Origin: Octopus sinensis
Lineage: Eukaryota
Direction of reading: 5' to 3'
DNA: 30,041 nt
Assembly: GCF_006345805.1 (NCBI RefSeq)
Contig: NW_021832879.1
Location: 1-30,041, forward strand
The notes under the pieces are model-generated. The model was given only the letters and a program-made list of their open reading frames with translations. It made no database searches and had not been told where the DNA came from. The translations under genes were made by a program, and so were the position numbers. Shown piece by piece: positions 1 to 10,594 of the stretch. Position 1 is the stretch's first letter. Each line of letters opens with the position of its first letter.

Positions 1-170
1 GTGTGTGGCTTGTTCAAACTCATTGGGCATAAAAACACATCAGTGAAACTTCGAAATCAACGTCAATGAAATTACAATGGACGTCAGACTCCTTCACTGT
101 ATTGAGTGCGTTATTCTATGTTTGCCGGTTTTGTATGAATAAAAACACCCCCATTGTAATAATAATACTT

Positions 171-251
171 GATATGTATGTATGTGTGTATGTTATATAT
201 ATATATATATATTATATATATATATGTATATATATATATAACTATATAGAT

Positions 252-297
<46 letters not shown>

Positions 298-430
298 TAT
301 ATATATATATATATGTAATATATATATACATATTATGTGTATATATATATATATATATATACATTATATATATATTATATATATATATAATATATATATA
401 TATAATAAATATATATATATATCTACACAT

Positions 431-466
<36 letters not shown>

Positions 467-595
467 CATACATATATATATATATACATATATATATATA
501 CATACATTCATACATACATACATACATACATACATACATACATACATACATACATACACATATATGTGTGTGTGCGCGCGCCTGTGTGTGTGTGT
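171..595. repeat. compound microsatellite (TA)n-(TACA)n-(TG)n
   Basis: Directly visible; accounts for the YI/HTYI-repeat ORFs at 66-698, 242-559 and 335-676. Confidence 0.97.
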
Positions 596-823
596 ACAAT
601 TCTGTGTATGTGTATTTGTAATCGATTTAACTGTTGTATTTTATTGGCTTTTATTTTGTCAGCCAGGAAGAGATGAAAAGCAAGGCCAACCCCAATAGAA
701 TTTAACTTGAAAACGTTGATGCATCGAGGTAAATAGCGTAAAGTATTTACTATCGCTCACTATACTAACGTCATTGTAAGTTCATTAATGGATATGCTAC
801 CTATATTAGACGTACGTATGTAT

Positions 824-929
824 GTAGGTAGATGGGTAGGTAAGTAGGTAGGTAGGTAGGCAGGTAGGTAGGTAGGTAGGTAGGTAGGTAGGTAGGTAGT
901 TAGGTAGATAGGTATGAATATGTTGTGCG

Positions 930-990
<61 letters not shown>
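824..990. repeat. (AGGT)n followed by (TA)n/(TG)n microsatellite
   Basis: Directly visible tandem tetranucleotide and dinucleotide runs. Confidence 0.95.
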
Positions 991-993
<3 letters not shown>

Positions 994-1095
994 TGTCGCG
1001 TATACAAAAGAAATAAGTGTCTAAGTGAGTGTATATGTGTGTCTGTTGATTCTGTACCATTATAAAATATATCGATCCTCTGCCGTTTGTTCGTT

Positions 1096-1305
1096 TCTCT
1101 CTTTCTCTCGCTCCCTCTAACAAGCTCTCTCTTCCTCTCTCTCTTCTCTCTCTCTCTCTCTTAGCCCTCTTTTTCTCTGCTTCTATCTCTTTCTCTCATA
1201 CCCACACTATATGTATGTACTTGAACTTAAATTGGAATAAATGCTTGTTTATCGATATCATGCATGCGACCGTGAGTGAGTGATCGAGTGTGTGTGTGTG
1301 TGGTG

Positions 1306-1336
<31 letters not shown>

Positions 1337-1341
1337 TGTGT
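1096..1341. repeat. (CT)n-rich tract (1096-1197) and (TG)n (1288-1341)
   Basis: Directly visible. Confidence 0.9.
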
Positions 1342-1559
1342 TTTGCGACTGTGGAATCTATTTTGTTTAGATTTTCCAATATCATATCGTCTGTCTTCGC
1401 AAATATCACATAAATGAACTGTCAGCTTCACTTGGAACGTTTTAAAAAATGTTACACTTTCAGTCTGCACAATGCAGTAACCAATAATAATTTCCTGCCA
1501 AGATAGACTGCATCATACCCGTCAAAACTCGCTGCTTGGTGGTGTCACATTGTCGATGA

Positions 1560-1930
1560 AGTAGTTGCTATTTCCAGCCACCAGGATATCGTAACTGTTT
1601 CCTTAATACTCCAAGAAGTAAATTGCTTATTTGTTACCATTATTCAATACGGTGCTTAATTTAGCTAAAATTGCTTTTTTTTAATTTGGCATTATGACTC
1701 TGTATTAAACTAATGGTTAGCATTCTCCCTAGCAATGTTCCCAACTCGCCTAGAGAAGGTAGAACATTCCTATTCTCGCTGATGAATACAATGTCATCAA
1801 TACAAGAATATTTAGGAAAATGGGAATTATTTTAGGCTGTATCCCGCAAGTCCATGACAATTCACGTTTCCCTTTTCTCTGCCACCAATCTAAGTCCTAG
1901 TTCCTGTATGTATCACGCAACTGCAACTGT
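1560..1930 (-). mobile_element. possible heavily decayed LINE reverse-transcriptase fragment
   Basis: Manual minus-strand translation gives IQELGLRL, then IIPIF/CIDDIVFISENRNVL (resembles the YADDIVL..E RT motif), and later RYPGGW (resembles KYLG-W), with many stops and frameshifts. Confidence 0.3.
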
Positions 1931-3253
1931 TTATTTAATCGGCCATACTCTCCCTAAAAGTTTATGTGCACGCACCTTTGTTATAAACGGTCAGATGCAA
2001 TAACAGGCAAGAAAACAACTTTTTAAATTATTAGAATTTTAAGCAAATCTGCATGATACAGTTGAGATCTTTCTCTTCGACATCATATGTCAAAGGGAAA
2101 ACCGTATATCTTATCTTTTTTTTAAATTTTACTGCAGAGAACATTCCATTTATGTATATGTTAGCAGAAATTTTGCGATAAATATTTGTTTTTGTTTTGT
2201 CATCATTTTGTTGTCATTTCACGTGACAATCTGTGACATTACTTCAACTCTTTCCACCTTCACTGAGGCCACTGCTGCCGTTATTGGTGAGGCTTGTGAC
2301 GCACTTGTAAATGTCAAATTTGTTGTTGGTATTATTCTTGTTCTTCGAATGTTGCCTAACGATGTGCTTTTCTACAAACTTGATTCCTTATTTTTCATTG
2401 CTTACCCACAAATCAAATATTACAACACACAGAAATACAACCGCTGTAAAAAACAAATAGTAGCGGGACAACGCCAGTAAATCGAAAGCAAAATTCTAGA
2501 AATACTTACTAGAGTCGTTCTTTCTCTTAGCTTAAATATCTGATCAATTATTTCTAGAGCAAGAGATAATCTTCCAATGAGCCAACTCAGGAAGCCGTTT
2601 TCTAATTCCTATTTGAAGCAACGCTTATAATATCCTAGGGATGAAAGATATGCACATCTATAATTCTGATGCCTTACGGCTATAATTAACAGCGAAAGTA
2701 CGGTGATATGTTTATATATAATTCACAGATTGTGGTAGAATTATGTTTATATATTGTAAAGACAAAATCGATAAATGGCTAAAACCATATCTTGAGCTGG
2801 AGATATGGCTTCATATACTTAACTGTCTTTTCTTATGTAACTTTAATCAAGACACTATATTGTGTGGTCAAACTAAGCAAAGGGAACCGATATCAGAACG
2901 TGCAGGAATGTTATCTGCGATAAACCAGTGCTACTCATCCGGTTATCAGTAAATAAAACGAAGCTAAGCATCCTTTATGAGTAATAGTAGGTTGTAGACA
3001 TTTTATTCGTCAAGGTGATTTTTTTGTCTGTCTCTGGTAAACGAGAACAGCGACCCAGGTTTCGAATTTCAGATGGAGTCATTTGACACTATTTACACCA
3101 CTACTACCTTCCAAAACTCATGAATATAGTAACCATGAGGTAGTATACTACTATCACAAGGTTACTAATCGACTAACTCATTTTCTCAATATTGCTGGCC
3201 TTGTGCCAAAATTTGAAACCAATATTACATACGAGATGAGTGCAGTAGTTGTA

Positions 3254-3855
3254 TTAGGTCGTTCTGAAAATAATGGCCGATTTCAGAAAGAATTTTATTC
3301 TGGAATAATTAACAATAGAAATGTTTTGATTTGTCAAAGTATGAGCCGTGAACTTCTATGCATCTCTGCCATCGATCAATGAGATTATTTATGCCTCGTT
3401 GATAAAAACTTATTGGTTTTGATGCTAAGAAATCTTTGAAAGCTGATTCCACTTAAGGTTTGGACCTGAAAGTTTTATCACTTAAAACTGTGTTTAAATG
3501 CTTTAAAAAAATAGCAGTCAGTGGGTGGAAGATCAGGAGAATATGGAGGATGTGGTAAGGTCTCGTATTCCAAGTCTGTGAGTTTATGCAGCGTCATTCT
3601 TGCAACAAGTGGCTTTGCATTATCGTGGAGCAGAATTGGGCCACGCAGATTCATCAATGCAGGTCTCATTTTTCGCAAGTGAGCATACATTTTACCGAGT
3701 TGATTGCAGTAAACTTATGCTGTAATGCTCTGATTGGCTTCAGAAAGCTGTAATGGACAAGACCAATTGCAGACCACCAGACAGTCACCATAATCCTTTG
3801 CTGATACAACTTGAACTTTGGGAAATGTTTGGGGGACTCATCACGATTAAGCTAT
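3254..3855 (-). mobile_element. mariner (DD34D) transposon relic, 3' half with terminal inverted repeat (TIR)
   Basis: Minus strand reads MVTVWWSAIGLVHYSF...ITA*VYCNQL...LLHDNAKP...LPHPPYSPDLPPTD (34 aa between the 2nd and 3rd D)...RWQRCIEVHGSYFD. The end TA+TTAGGTCGTTCTGAAAATAATGGCCGATTT at 3252-3283 resembles mariner TIRs. Contains stops and frameshifts; the 5' half is missing. Confidence 0.92.
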
Positions 3856-3868
3856 TGATATATATATA

Positions 3869-4090
3869 AAGTTAATCCAAACAAGAAAACACAAAAAAAC
3901 AAAAAAACACAACAATGCGAGGACGTGGAACATATAAAGTATTATTGGACGCTCGGGAAAGAAGGGAAGAAGGAGGGTTTAACGTTTCGAGCGGAGCTCT
4001 TCGTCGGAAACATAGGAGAAGGAAAGATCCCGAGAAGGGAAGACAGAGGAAAAAAAATCGCCAGTGGTACTCACGAGGTCACATATTGAA
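3869..4090 (-). mobile_element. short Penelope-like/non-autonomous repeat carrying a hammerhead-like motif, between (TA)n runs
   Basis: Flanked by (TA)n on both sides. Minus strand 4011-3977 reads GTTT-CCGACGA-A-GAGC-TCC-GCTC-GAAA-CG-TT-AAAC. Shares downstream TTCCYGAGCG..AATA with 23120-23278. Confidence 0.55.
3977..4011 (-). ncRNA. minimal type I hammerhead-like ribozyme motif (U4C core variant)
   Basis: Stem I GUUU/AAAC, core CCGACGA, stem II GAGC/GCUC, GAAA, palindromic ACGU stem III, GUU cleavage triplet. Confidence 0.55.

Positions 4091-4160
<70 letters not shown>
4091..4160. repeat. (TA)n(TG)n microsatellite
   Basis: Directly visible. Confidence 0.95.
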
Positions 4161-4329
4161 AACATATCTTACGTTGCTTAACATCGATCGAATGAGAAAG
4201 GTGTATTCATTACATGCCGTAGACAGTATGGTTCTTTTTAAATTAAACCTGAAGCTGAGTGTTTGTTTGCGACTCGAGTTTCTCCTCACTTTACGTTCAA
4301 TATTCAGACCTCAAGATGCAGCGTCTTTA

Positions 4330-4481
4330 CCGGACTTCCGCATTTCCTCTGTAACAAACTAGGCCCACAAGACATTTGTCAACTCGGAGCTACAATTGAA
4401 GACACTTACCCAAGATGCGATTGATCTCAGAACCAAGTGTTTGTGGTAGCTACTTCTTAACCATACGAACTTGCCTGTACT
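4330..4481 (-). mobile_element. degenerate SINE family A head
   Basis: GAAGACACTTACCCAAGATGC...CTTAACCATAC...CCTG matches the reverse complement of the family A head at 29520-29680. Confidence 0.65.
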
Positions 4482-5408
4482 TATGATATACAGACAATAA
4501 AATATATAAACTGCATTACTGTTTTCTCTTAATTAAGGAAAAAAAAAGGCGAATTCAGTTACAAGAAGAATTAGAACACCAGTTGTAAGTGAAGGTATTC
4601 ATAATAGCCATGCGATCAAAAGGTAATGTTCTTAGCCTTCTTGGCATAAATTGTTTCCCCGCAACAATCGTAATATAAAGGAAAATTTTAAAAAGTGATA
4701 AAAAAAAATGAAATAAAATATTAATGTTTCTGTGAAAATAAAGCTTGATGAGAACGACTGAATAAATAAAAAAGATAAAGAAGTGAGACTATCTCTGTTC
4801 ATTTCCCAACATCTACCAATTATTTGTCTCATCTATTTATCTATTCTTTTTGATCTCACTACATAGTTTTCGGGATATAGATACGGTTCTACTTCTAAGG
4901 AACGGTGCGTCTTTATTGCATTTCAGTGTCCTTTCACGTATATGTGACAGCAGTTATCATAAATTGCATGATTTTTAGTAGTTTTTCTTCTATGCTTTGA
5001 TATTTTCCGTTTTATAATATATTTTTTTATAAGTGATCTACGATCTACATCTTATTTCGTAGTCTTTCGCTGTTGCTGATTTTTTTCTTAGCTTGTTCTA
5101 TATTTGGTAGAGAAGTATGTCTTGGAAATGTGTTTGTGAAGTAGACAGGTGAAGAATTTCAAAATATTTCTATTCTGTCTAGTAAATGTCTAGTCTACCT
5201 TGGAACTACCATTAAGAAACATTCCATCAAATGATTACAGTGATTTACCTTCTGTAAAGTCATAAATATATAAAACGGAATATACAAGTAAACAGCGTTT
5301 TCTTTATTGCTAAAAAATATATATATGTGTTTTGTGTTTCATCTGTGGTTCTATGTAGCTATTAACATATATATCTTATGCACATTTTGGTTTTTGTTTT
5401 TTTTCTTC

Positions 5409-5565
5409 AGGCATCGCGGTGTAGTTAAGAAGCTCGCTTTACAACCTCGTATTTAGGTTTCGATCCCAACGCTTTGCGCATCACTTTAGGCAAGTCCTCT
5501 TTTACGATACTCTCAACACGACGACTACTTTGTGACTGGAATGTGCTGCGTGGAAACTGAGCAGA
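5409..5565 (+). mobile_element. degenerate SINE family A head
   Basis: A-box-like GGTGTAGTTAAG, B-box-like GGTTTCGATCCC, CTTTAGGCAAGT and GGAAACTGA occur in family A order. Confidence 0.6.
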
Positions 5566-5711
5566 AATTATATCTCGAACCCACAAGAGTAAACAAGAGA
5601 GACAGAGATAGGCAGAAACAAGGAAAATGCCACTTGTATTTGAATATTATGCAAATATTCTTTTAAAAAACTTTTTATTTAATTTTTCCAAAATTTAATT
5701 GTTTTCCATAC

Positions 5712-5753
5712 TTATAGTTGAAAAAGTCTCAATGACTGAAACCGGTACTGAAA
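5712..5753 (+). ncRNA. degenerate minimal hammerhead-like motif (Penelope pLTR type)
   Basis: TTATAG-TTGAAAA-AGTC-TCAAT-GACT-GAAA-CCGG-TA-CTGAAA: 4-bp stem II, GAAA, palindromic ACCGGT and a GUA triplet. The 5' core deviates from CUGANGA at two positions. Confidence 0.4.
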
Positions 5754-5808
5754 TTTTTTTTATAAAATTATTTCAGCATTTTCTACTTTGACTTTTTTTC
5801 CATATATA

Positions 5809-6247
5809 TCACCTCGTGTGTTCCAAGCATTTGTCTTATGAAGAAAGGCTGAAGACGCTCGACCTTTATTCTCTAGAAAAACGACGACGCCGTGGTGATC
5901 TCATTCTTGCTCACAACATCATAAGCGGAAAGTGTAACCTCTCGAAAGAGCTGTTCTTCACTCCTACTCCAGAGCGTCGGCTGCGAGGTCACTCCGAAAA
6001 GCTCTATCTGCGACGATTTCATCTCAATCGAAGGAAAGGGACTTTCTCCGCCCGGGTTGCGGATCCGTGGAATAAGCTGCCGGATGAGATAGTGAAGATG
6101 CCGACGACCGCTCGGTTCAAAGTCTCCCTTGACCACAAGTGGCCTGAACTCTTTACATGAACACCACCCTGTACATAACTCCATGTCCCCCTATATGGCC
6201 TTGCTTTTTGCTTTTTGAGCCAAAAAATTAACTAACTAACTAACTAA
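5809..6247 (+). mobile_element. 5'-truncated CR1-clade LINE (ORF2 C-terminus, 3'UTR, (CTAA)n tail)
   Basis: ORF 5816-6160 LSYEERL..LDLYSLEKRRRRGDLI...RGHSEKL...FSARV..WNKLP...FKVSLD is the typical CR1 ORF2 C-terminus and is uninterrupted. Ends in (CTAA)n; TSD CATATATA at 5801-5808 and 6248-6255. Confidence 0.92.
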
Positions 6248-6478
6248 CATATATAAATATGGAAATTACATACATTTAGAAATTTCGAGAGAACGTAAAA
6301 TAATTGTCTTTATTTTTTCTTTTCGAACGGTGAAACTCGAATCAGATACAACTATGAATAATAATTTGGATTAAAATTAAAAATGGACTTTGCATAGAAA
6401 AAGTCTACTCGAGTTTCACCACTGTTCCAAATATCATTGTTGATCAATTTCTCTTTCTCTATAATATATATATATATA

Positions 6479-6639
6479 GCCGCAGGTCTGGTTATGTGGT
6501 AAGAAGTTTCCTTCACAAATACATAGTTCAGAGAGTTCAGTGTTACTGCTTGACACCTTGAGCAAGTGTCTTGTACTACTGCTTCGGGCCAAGCAAAGCC
6601 TTGTGATTGGATTCGGTAGACGGAAACTGAAAGAAGCCC

Positions 6640-6678
<39 letters not shown>

Positions 6679-7100
6679 TGATTATTTAATTTAGTGATTT
6701 TTACAATGATATTTATTATAATATATTAAAATTCTTGCTATATGATTTAATATAGATAATATCTTTCACTAGTAATTGAATTACTTAATAGAGGTTTTGT
6801 CTCTTATTATTTACATATATGTGTGTGTGTATGTATGTATGTATGTATGTATGTATGTATGTATGTATGTATGTATGTATATGTATGCATGTGTGCGTGT
6901 GTGTGTGTCCTTATACTTGTCCTCCACCGCCGCTTGACAACAGGTGTTGGCGTGTTTAGCGGTTTAGTAAAGGATTTTTCTTTCCTGATTTTATTCTCTT
7001 AAAAAAAAAAATAAGGATTGATTCATTCGACTAAAGATTTTTCAAGGCGGTACACCAGAATGGCCGCTGTCTAATGACTGAAACACGTAACAGATAAAAG
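6479..7100 (+). mobile_element. older SINE family A copy with expanded/interrupted central microsatellite
   Basis: Head 6479-6645 (CCTTGAGCAAGTGTC...GGTAGACGGAAACTGAAAGAAGCCC) and tail ~6915-7100 (GCTTGACAAC...CGACTAAA...AAGGCGGT...ATGACTGAAAC). Confidence 0.8.
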
Positions 7101-7469
7101 TTATATAACTTTTTCTGGGTTTCACAGTTCAATACCAAAACAAACAAATAAAATTAACGTTTCTTAGTCCGATTACTCATATCCTAATTTGGATTTCTTG
7201 GTGCCGGAAGAAAATTAAATAAATAAACTTTACTCTCACATCGGCATACTTGGAGATTTTATCACTCAGTTCTATTTTAGAAAGAGGAGTCTATATATAG
7301 AAAGATTGCTATTCTTTTGAAGGCAGTTTTCCATAGAAATTCTAGTGCCAATCCTATGTGTTTTCCTCATAGGTAAATAGGAGCAAGTCAAACTAATTAC
7401 TATATAGAGACATCAAAAGTAATAATACACTTGACGAATTTCTTTTTTTAATTTCATCAAATGAGTGAG

Positions 7470-7765
7470 CCTCTGTGTGGTAACTCGGCCTGTCAGAAAT
7501 AGTAGCTAAGTTTCAGTCGAATCACATCATTCCGTCTTAAGGGTGTGATTTACCTGAAACGTCTGTGGCCGTTCGCCAGCTCCGTCTGGCACCTGTGCGG
7601 GTGGCACGTAAAAAGCACCCACTACACTCACGGAGTGGTTGGCGTTAGGAAGGGCATCCAGCCGTAGAAACACTGCCAGATCAGACTGGGCCTGATGCAG
7701 CCTTCTGGCTTCACAGACCCCAGTTGAACCGTCCAACCCATGCTAGCATGGAAAACGGACGCTAA

Positions 7766-7797
<32 letters not shown>

Positions 7798-7920
7798 AAT
7801 GGATAAGTTAGCCCTTGATATACTACGATTGGAAATAAAACAGGAATGTCACGACTGGAATGCTTTTTTATTGTAAGTCTACTGACTCAGATCTATTCTT
7901 GAGCTAAACAACAGAAATAA
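7470..7920 (+). mobile_element. decayed short interspersed repeat (family E) hosting the 7553-7797 insertion
   Basis: AGAAATAGTAGC..AATCACA..CCGTCTT at the start and CTGGAATGC...GCTAAACAACA at the end; similar decayed blocks at 18800-18972 (+) and 16795-16965 (-). Confidence 0.45.
7553..7797 (+). mobile_element. 5'-truncated retroposon (SINE/RTE-related, family D) with (GAT)n tail
   Basis: GC-rich block with GGTTGGCGTTAGGAAGGGCATCCAGCCGTAGAAAC, a motif I recall from RTE-associated SINE bodies, ending CCAACCCATGCTAGCATGGAAAACGGACGCTAAAT(GAT)n. Confidence 0.75.
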
Positions 7921-8321
7921 TCAGTGGAGCAGAATCGACAGAGCACTGGACAAAAAGATAGTATATACGTCCCGAAAAAGCAAACGTGGAGTTTTCTTTC
8001 CACCCTCCTGCCCCAAGAGTTGATAAAAAAAAATTGGTAGTAATAATAATATACTTAGTTGGCTAAATTTACTAAACTCACTTCCCAACATCAGCAACAA
8101 ATCAATCATCTCGGTGGCATTTAAAGCCAGAACGTAAGGAGCCGAAAGAAAAACCGCATTTTTTGCCGACGATGAACTGTCCTGCCAAATCGCCGTCCTA
8201 ATAACAGGGGAACAACAATGATTGAATAACTAAACGCCTGTAAAACAACATCAACTAATGAAGCATATGGTGCTATTCCACTCGACCATTTCACTTATTT
8301 CTGTTTCGTTTCTTACAATAC

Positions 8322-8596
8322 CTGATGCGTATTCGAAACGGTTTCCCAGTCGTTCAACCGTATCAACAGCAGCGGGACTCGATTCGACGGACGGCACTTG
8401 ATGGGACGTTGATGAGACGGGACGATACGTGACGGCAACAGGGCGACTGAATGTGTAAAGTAAAGCGTGTGAATATTCTAATCTCTGGCAGCGATGGATA
8501 ACGAGAGTAATTTATCAAGCCTTAACATTTATTGCTTCTAACTTGCGCTGTGCTTAAAGTTTAACGGGCGCAGCTAATCCAGGCAGTGCCGAGTAA
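8322..8596 (-). other. candidate spliced exon (non-coding as 275 nt, or 125 nt from an internal acceptor at 8446)
   Basis: CpG-rich sequence not matching other repeats in the window. Minus-strand acceptor ATTTCTCCTCCACAG|8596, alternative acceptor TTTACTTTACACATTCAG|8446, donor CAG|GTATTG at 8322. Confidence 0.3.
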
Positions 8597-8642
8597 CTGT
8601 GGAGGAGAAATGATAATAATAGGATTGATTATAAGAATTGTA

Positions 8643-8820
8643 TACACACACACACACACACACACACACCGACACACATACACGCACACGCACACACACA
8701 ACACACACACACACACACACACATACACACACACACAAACACACACACACACACACACAAACACGCACACGCACACACACAAACACACACACACACAAAC
8801 ACACACGCACGCACACACAC

Positions 8821-8851
<31 letters not shown>

Positions 8852-8882
8852 AACATACACACACACAAACACACACACGCAC

Positions 8883-8915
<33 letters not shown>

Positions 8916-8946
8916 AACACACACACACACAACACGCACGCACACA

Positions 8947-8977
<31 letters not shown>

Positions 8978-9136
8978 CGTACACGCACATACACACACAT
9001 ACACACAAACACACACACACACAAACACACACGCAACACACACAAACACACACTCACGCAACACACATTTATATACACGCATACACACATACCCACATGT
9101 ATGTATGTATGTGTATGTATGTATGTATGTATGCAT
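8643..9136. repeat. long imperfect (CA)n microsatellite followed by (TATG)n
   Basis: Directly visible; explains the five overlapping HT/CV ORFs. Confidence 0.97.
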
Positions 9137-10117
9137 GTTAGAGGCCCTAATGTTTAAGATAAAATATGGAATAGATACTACTACTACTACTGCTGCTGCT
9201 GCTATATGTGACTTTCTCGGGCATCCCGCAAATGGTTGGTTGCATACTGAAGTGACTACAGATGGATACTTGACTAAATTAACAAAGGTAACTCGCCATC
9301 TATTATGAGATTTTAACTCCTCTTTACTTTATACACGCACACACACTTCTACACATACAGGCGTCTATGACATACATGCGTGTACCTGTAAGTATACATA
9401 TGACTACGTTTATCTATACACACACAGACACATACATGTATATATATCTAAACACTTATACATATACGTATGCATGCACGTATGTTTGTTTGTACGTATG
9501 AATGCATACGTCCCAAAACACTTCATACACAATATGCGTACATATGTGTGTATGTATGTTTGTTCATATTATTAACCTTGCGCTTATAATACAAACAATA
9601 TTATTACTAATGTTTGTCAGTAATGAATTAGTTGTATTTAATTGCGTCCCTTACCTTTCAATTCCCCCACACCCCATCTCTTGCGTTGATAATAGAAAAG
9701 TGATAATAACGTAAGGGAAGTTGATTAGATTAACCACTCCCACCGTATTCTTCCTATCTTTGAAACCATTATTAATATTAACACTGGCATAAAGCCACTG
9801 GGTTAGGAGGGAATGCATTCGATTAAACCAACCTTGGTACTTACTTGACTGTTACGTTATTTTATCGATCTTGTTCAGATTTGAATACAGAGCAGAAAGA
9901 TCGGTAAATAGAAATTACGAAGTATATTGTCCAATGCTCTGTTGATTCTGCTAATTGTACAGTGTTAGGTGTTGGTAGAGCGTCGGGTATCGTACTGGGC
10001 AATATGTAGTTTTGTCACTTTACGTTCTGATTCTGATTTCAAACACTCCCGGAGTGGATTTTGCATTTCATGTTTATAATCCACATCAGTTGCCTTTGAA
10101 CATTGTAGCCTTAACAG

Positions 10118-10580
10118 TGGGGAAATTGTTTGAGCGCTTGGAAAGAAAATGACTTGCGGCATTTGCTCCGGCTCTATATGTCCTTAGTTCAAATCCTGCC
10201 GAGGTCATCTTTGTCTTTCATCCGGGAGCCATGAAAATAGGTACTAGTTAAGTATTGAGGTAAATGGTATCAACTTCTAGAAGGCGGCGAGCTGGCAGAA
10301 ACGTTAGCGCGCCATGCGAAATGCTTAGCGGTATTTCGTCTGTCGCAACGTTCTGAGTTCAAATTCCGCCGAGGTCAACTTTGCCTTTCGTCCCTTTGGG
10401 GTCGATAAATTAAGTACCAGTTACGCACTGGGGTCAATGTAATCGACTTAATACCTATGTCTGTCCTTGTTTGTCTCCTCTGTGTTTAGCCCCTTGTGGG
10501 TAATAAAGAAATAGGTATCAACTTCTACCCTCCCCTCAGAATTACTGGCCTAGTGCTTAAAATCAGAAACCATTGTTGTT
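10118..10580 (+). mobile_element. old SINE family B' copy interrupted by a younger family B copy
   Basis: GCGGCATTTGCTCCG...GTTCAAATCCTGCCGAGGTC...TTTCATCC before the insertion; CCCTCCCCTCAGAATTACTGGCCTAGTGC..AAAATCAGAAACC after it. Confidence 0.75.
10280..10513 (+). mobile_element. full-length tRNA-derived SINE family B with 14-bp TSD
   Basis: GGCGGCGAGCTGGCAGAAACGTTAGC (A box)...GAGTTCAAATTCC (B box). TSD GGTATCAACTTCTA at 10266-10279 and 10514-10527. Near-identical copy at 27131. Confidence 0.93.
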
Positions 10581-10594
10581 GCTGTTGTTGTTGT

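Noticed and set aside
66-698. 210-aa ORF and similar YI/HT/CV-repeat ORFs (8561-9308, 20768-21506, 22063-22864, 24644-25308)
   Set aside because: Dinucleotide and tetranucleotide microsatellite artefacts.
2208-2480. 90-aa plus-strand ORF
   Set aside because: TTG start, no recognisable domain; the better splice signals here are on the minus strand.
5816-6160. Host protein-coding gene (114 aa)
   Set aside because: It is the CR1 ORF2 C-terminus in a 5'-truncated insertion with tail and TSD; the start is a GTG.
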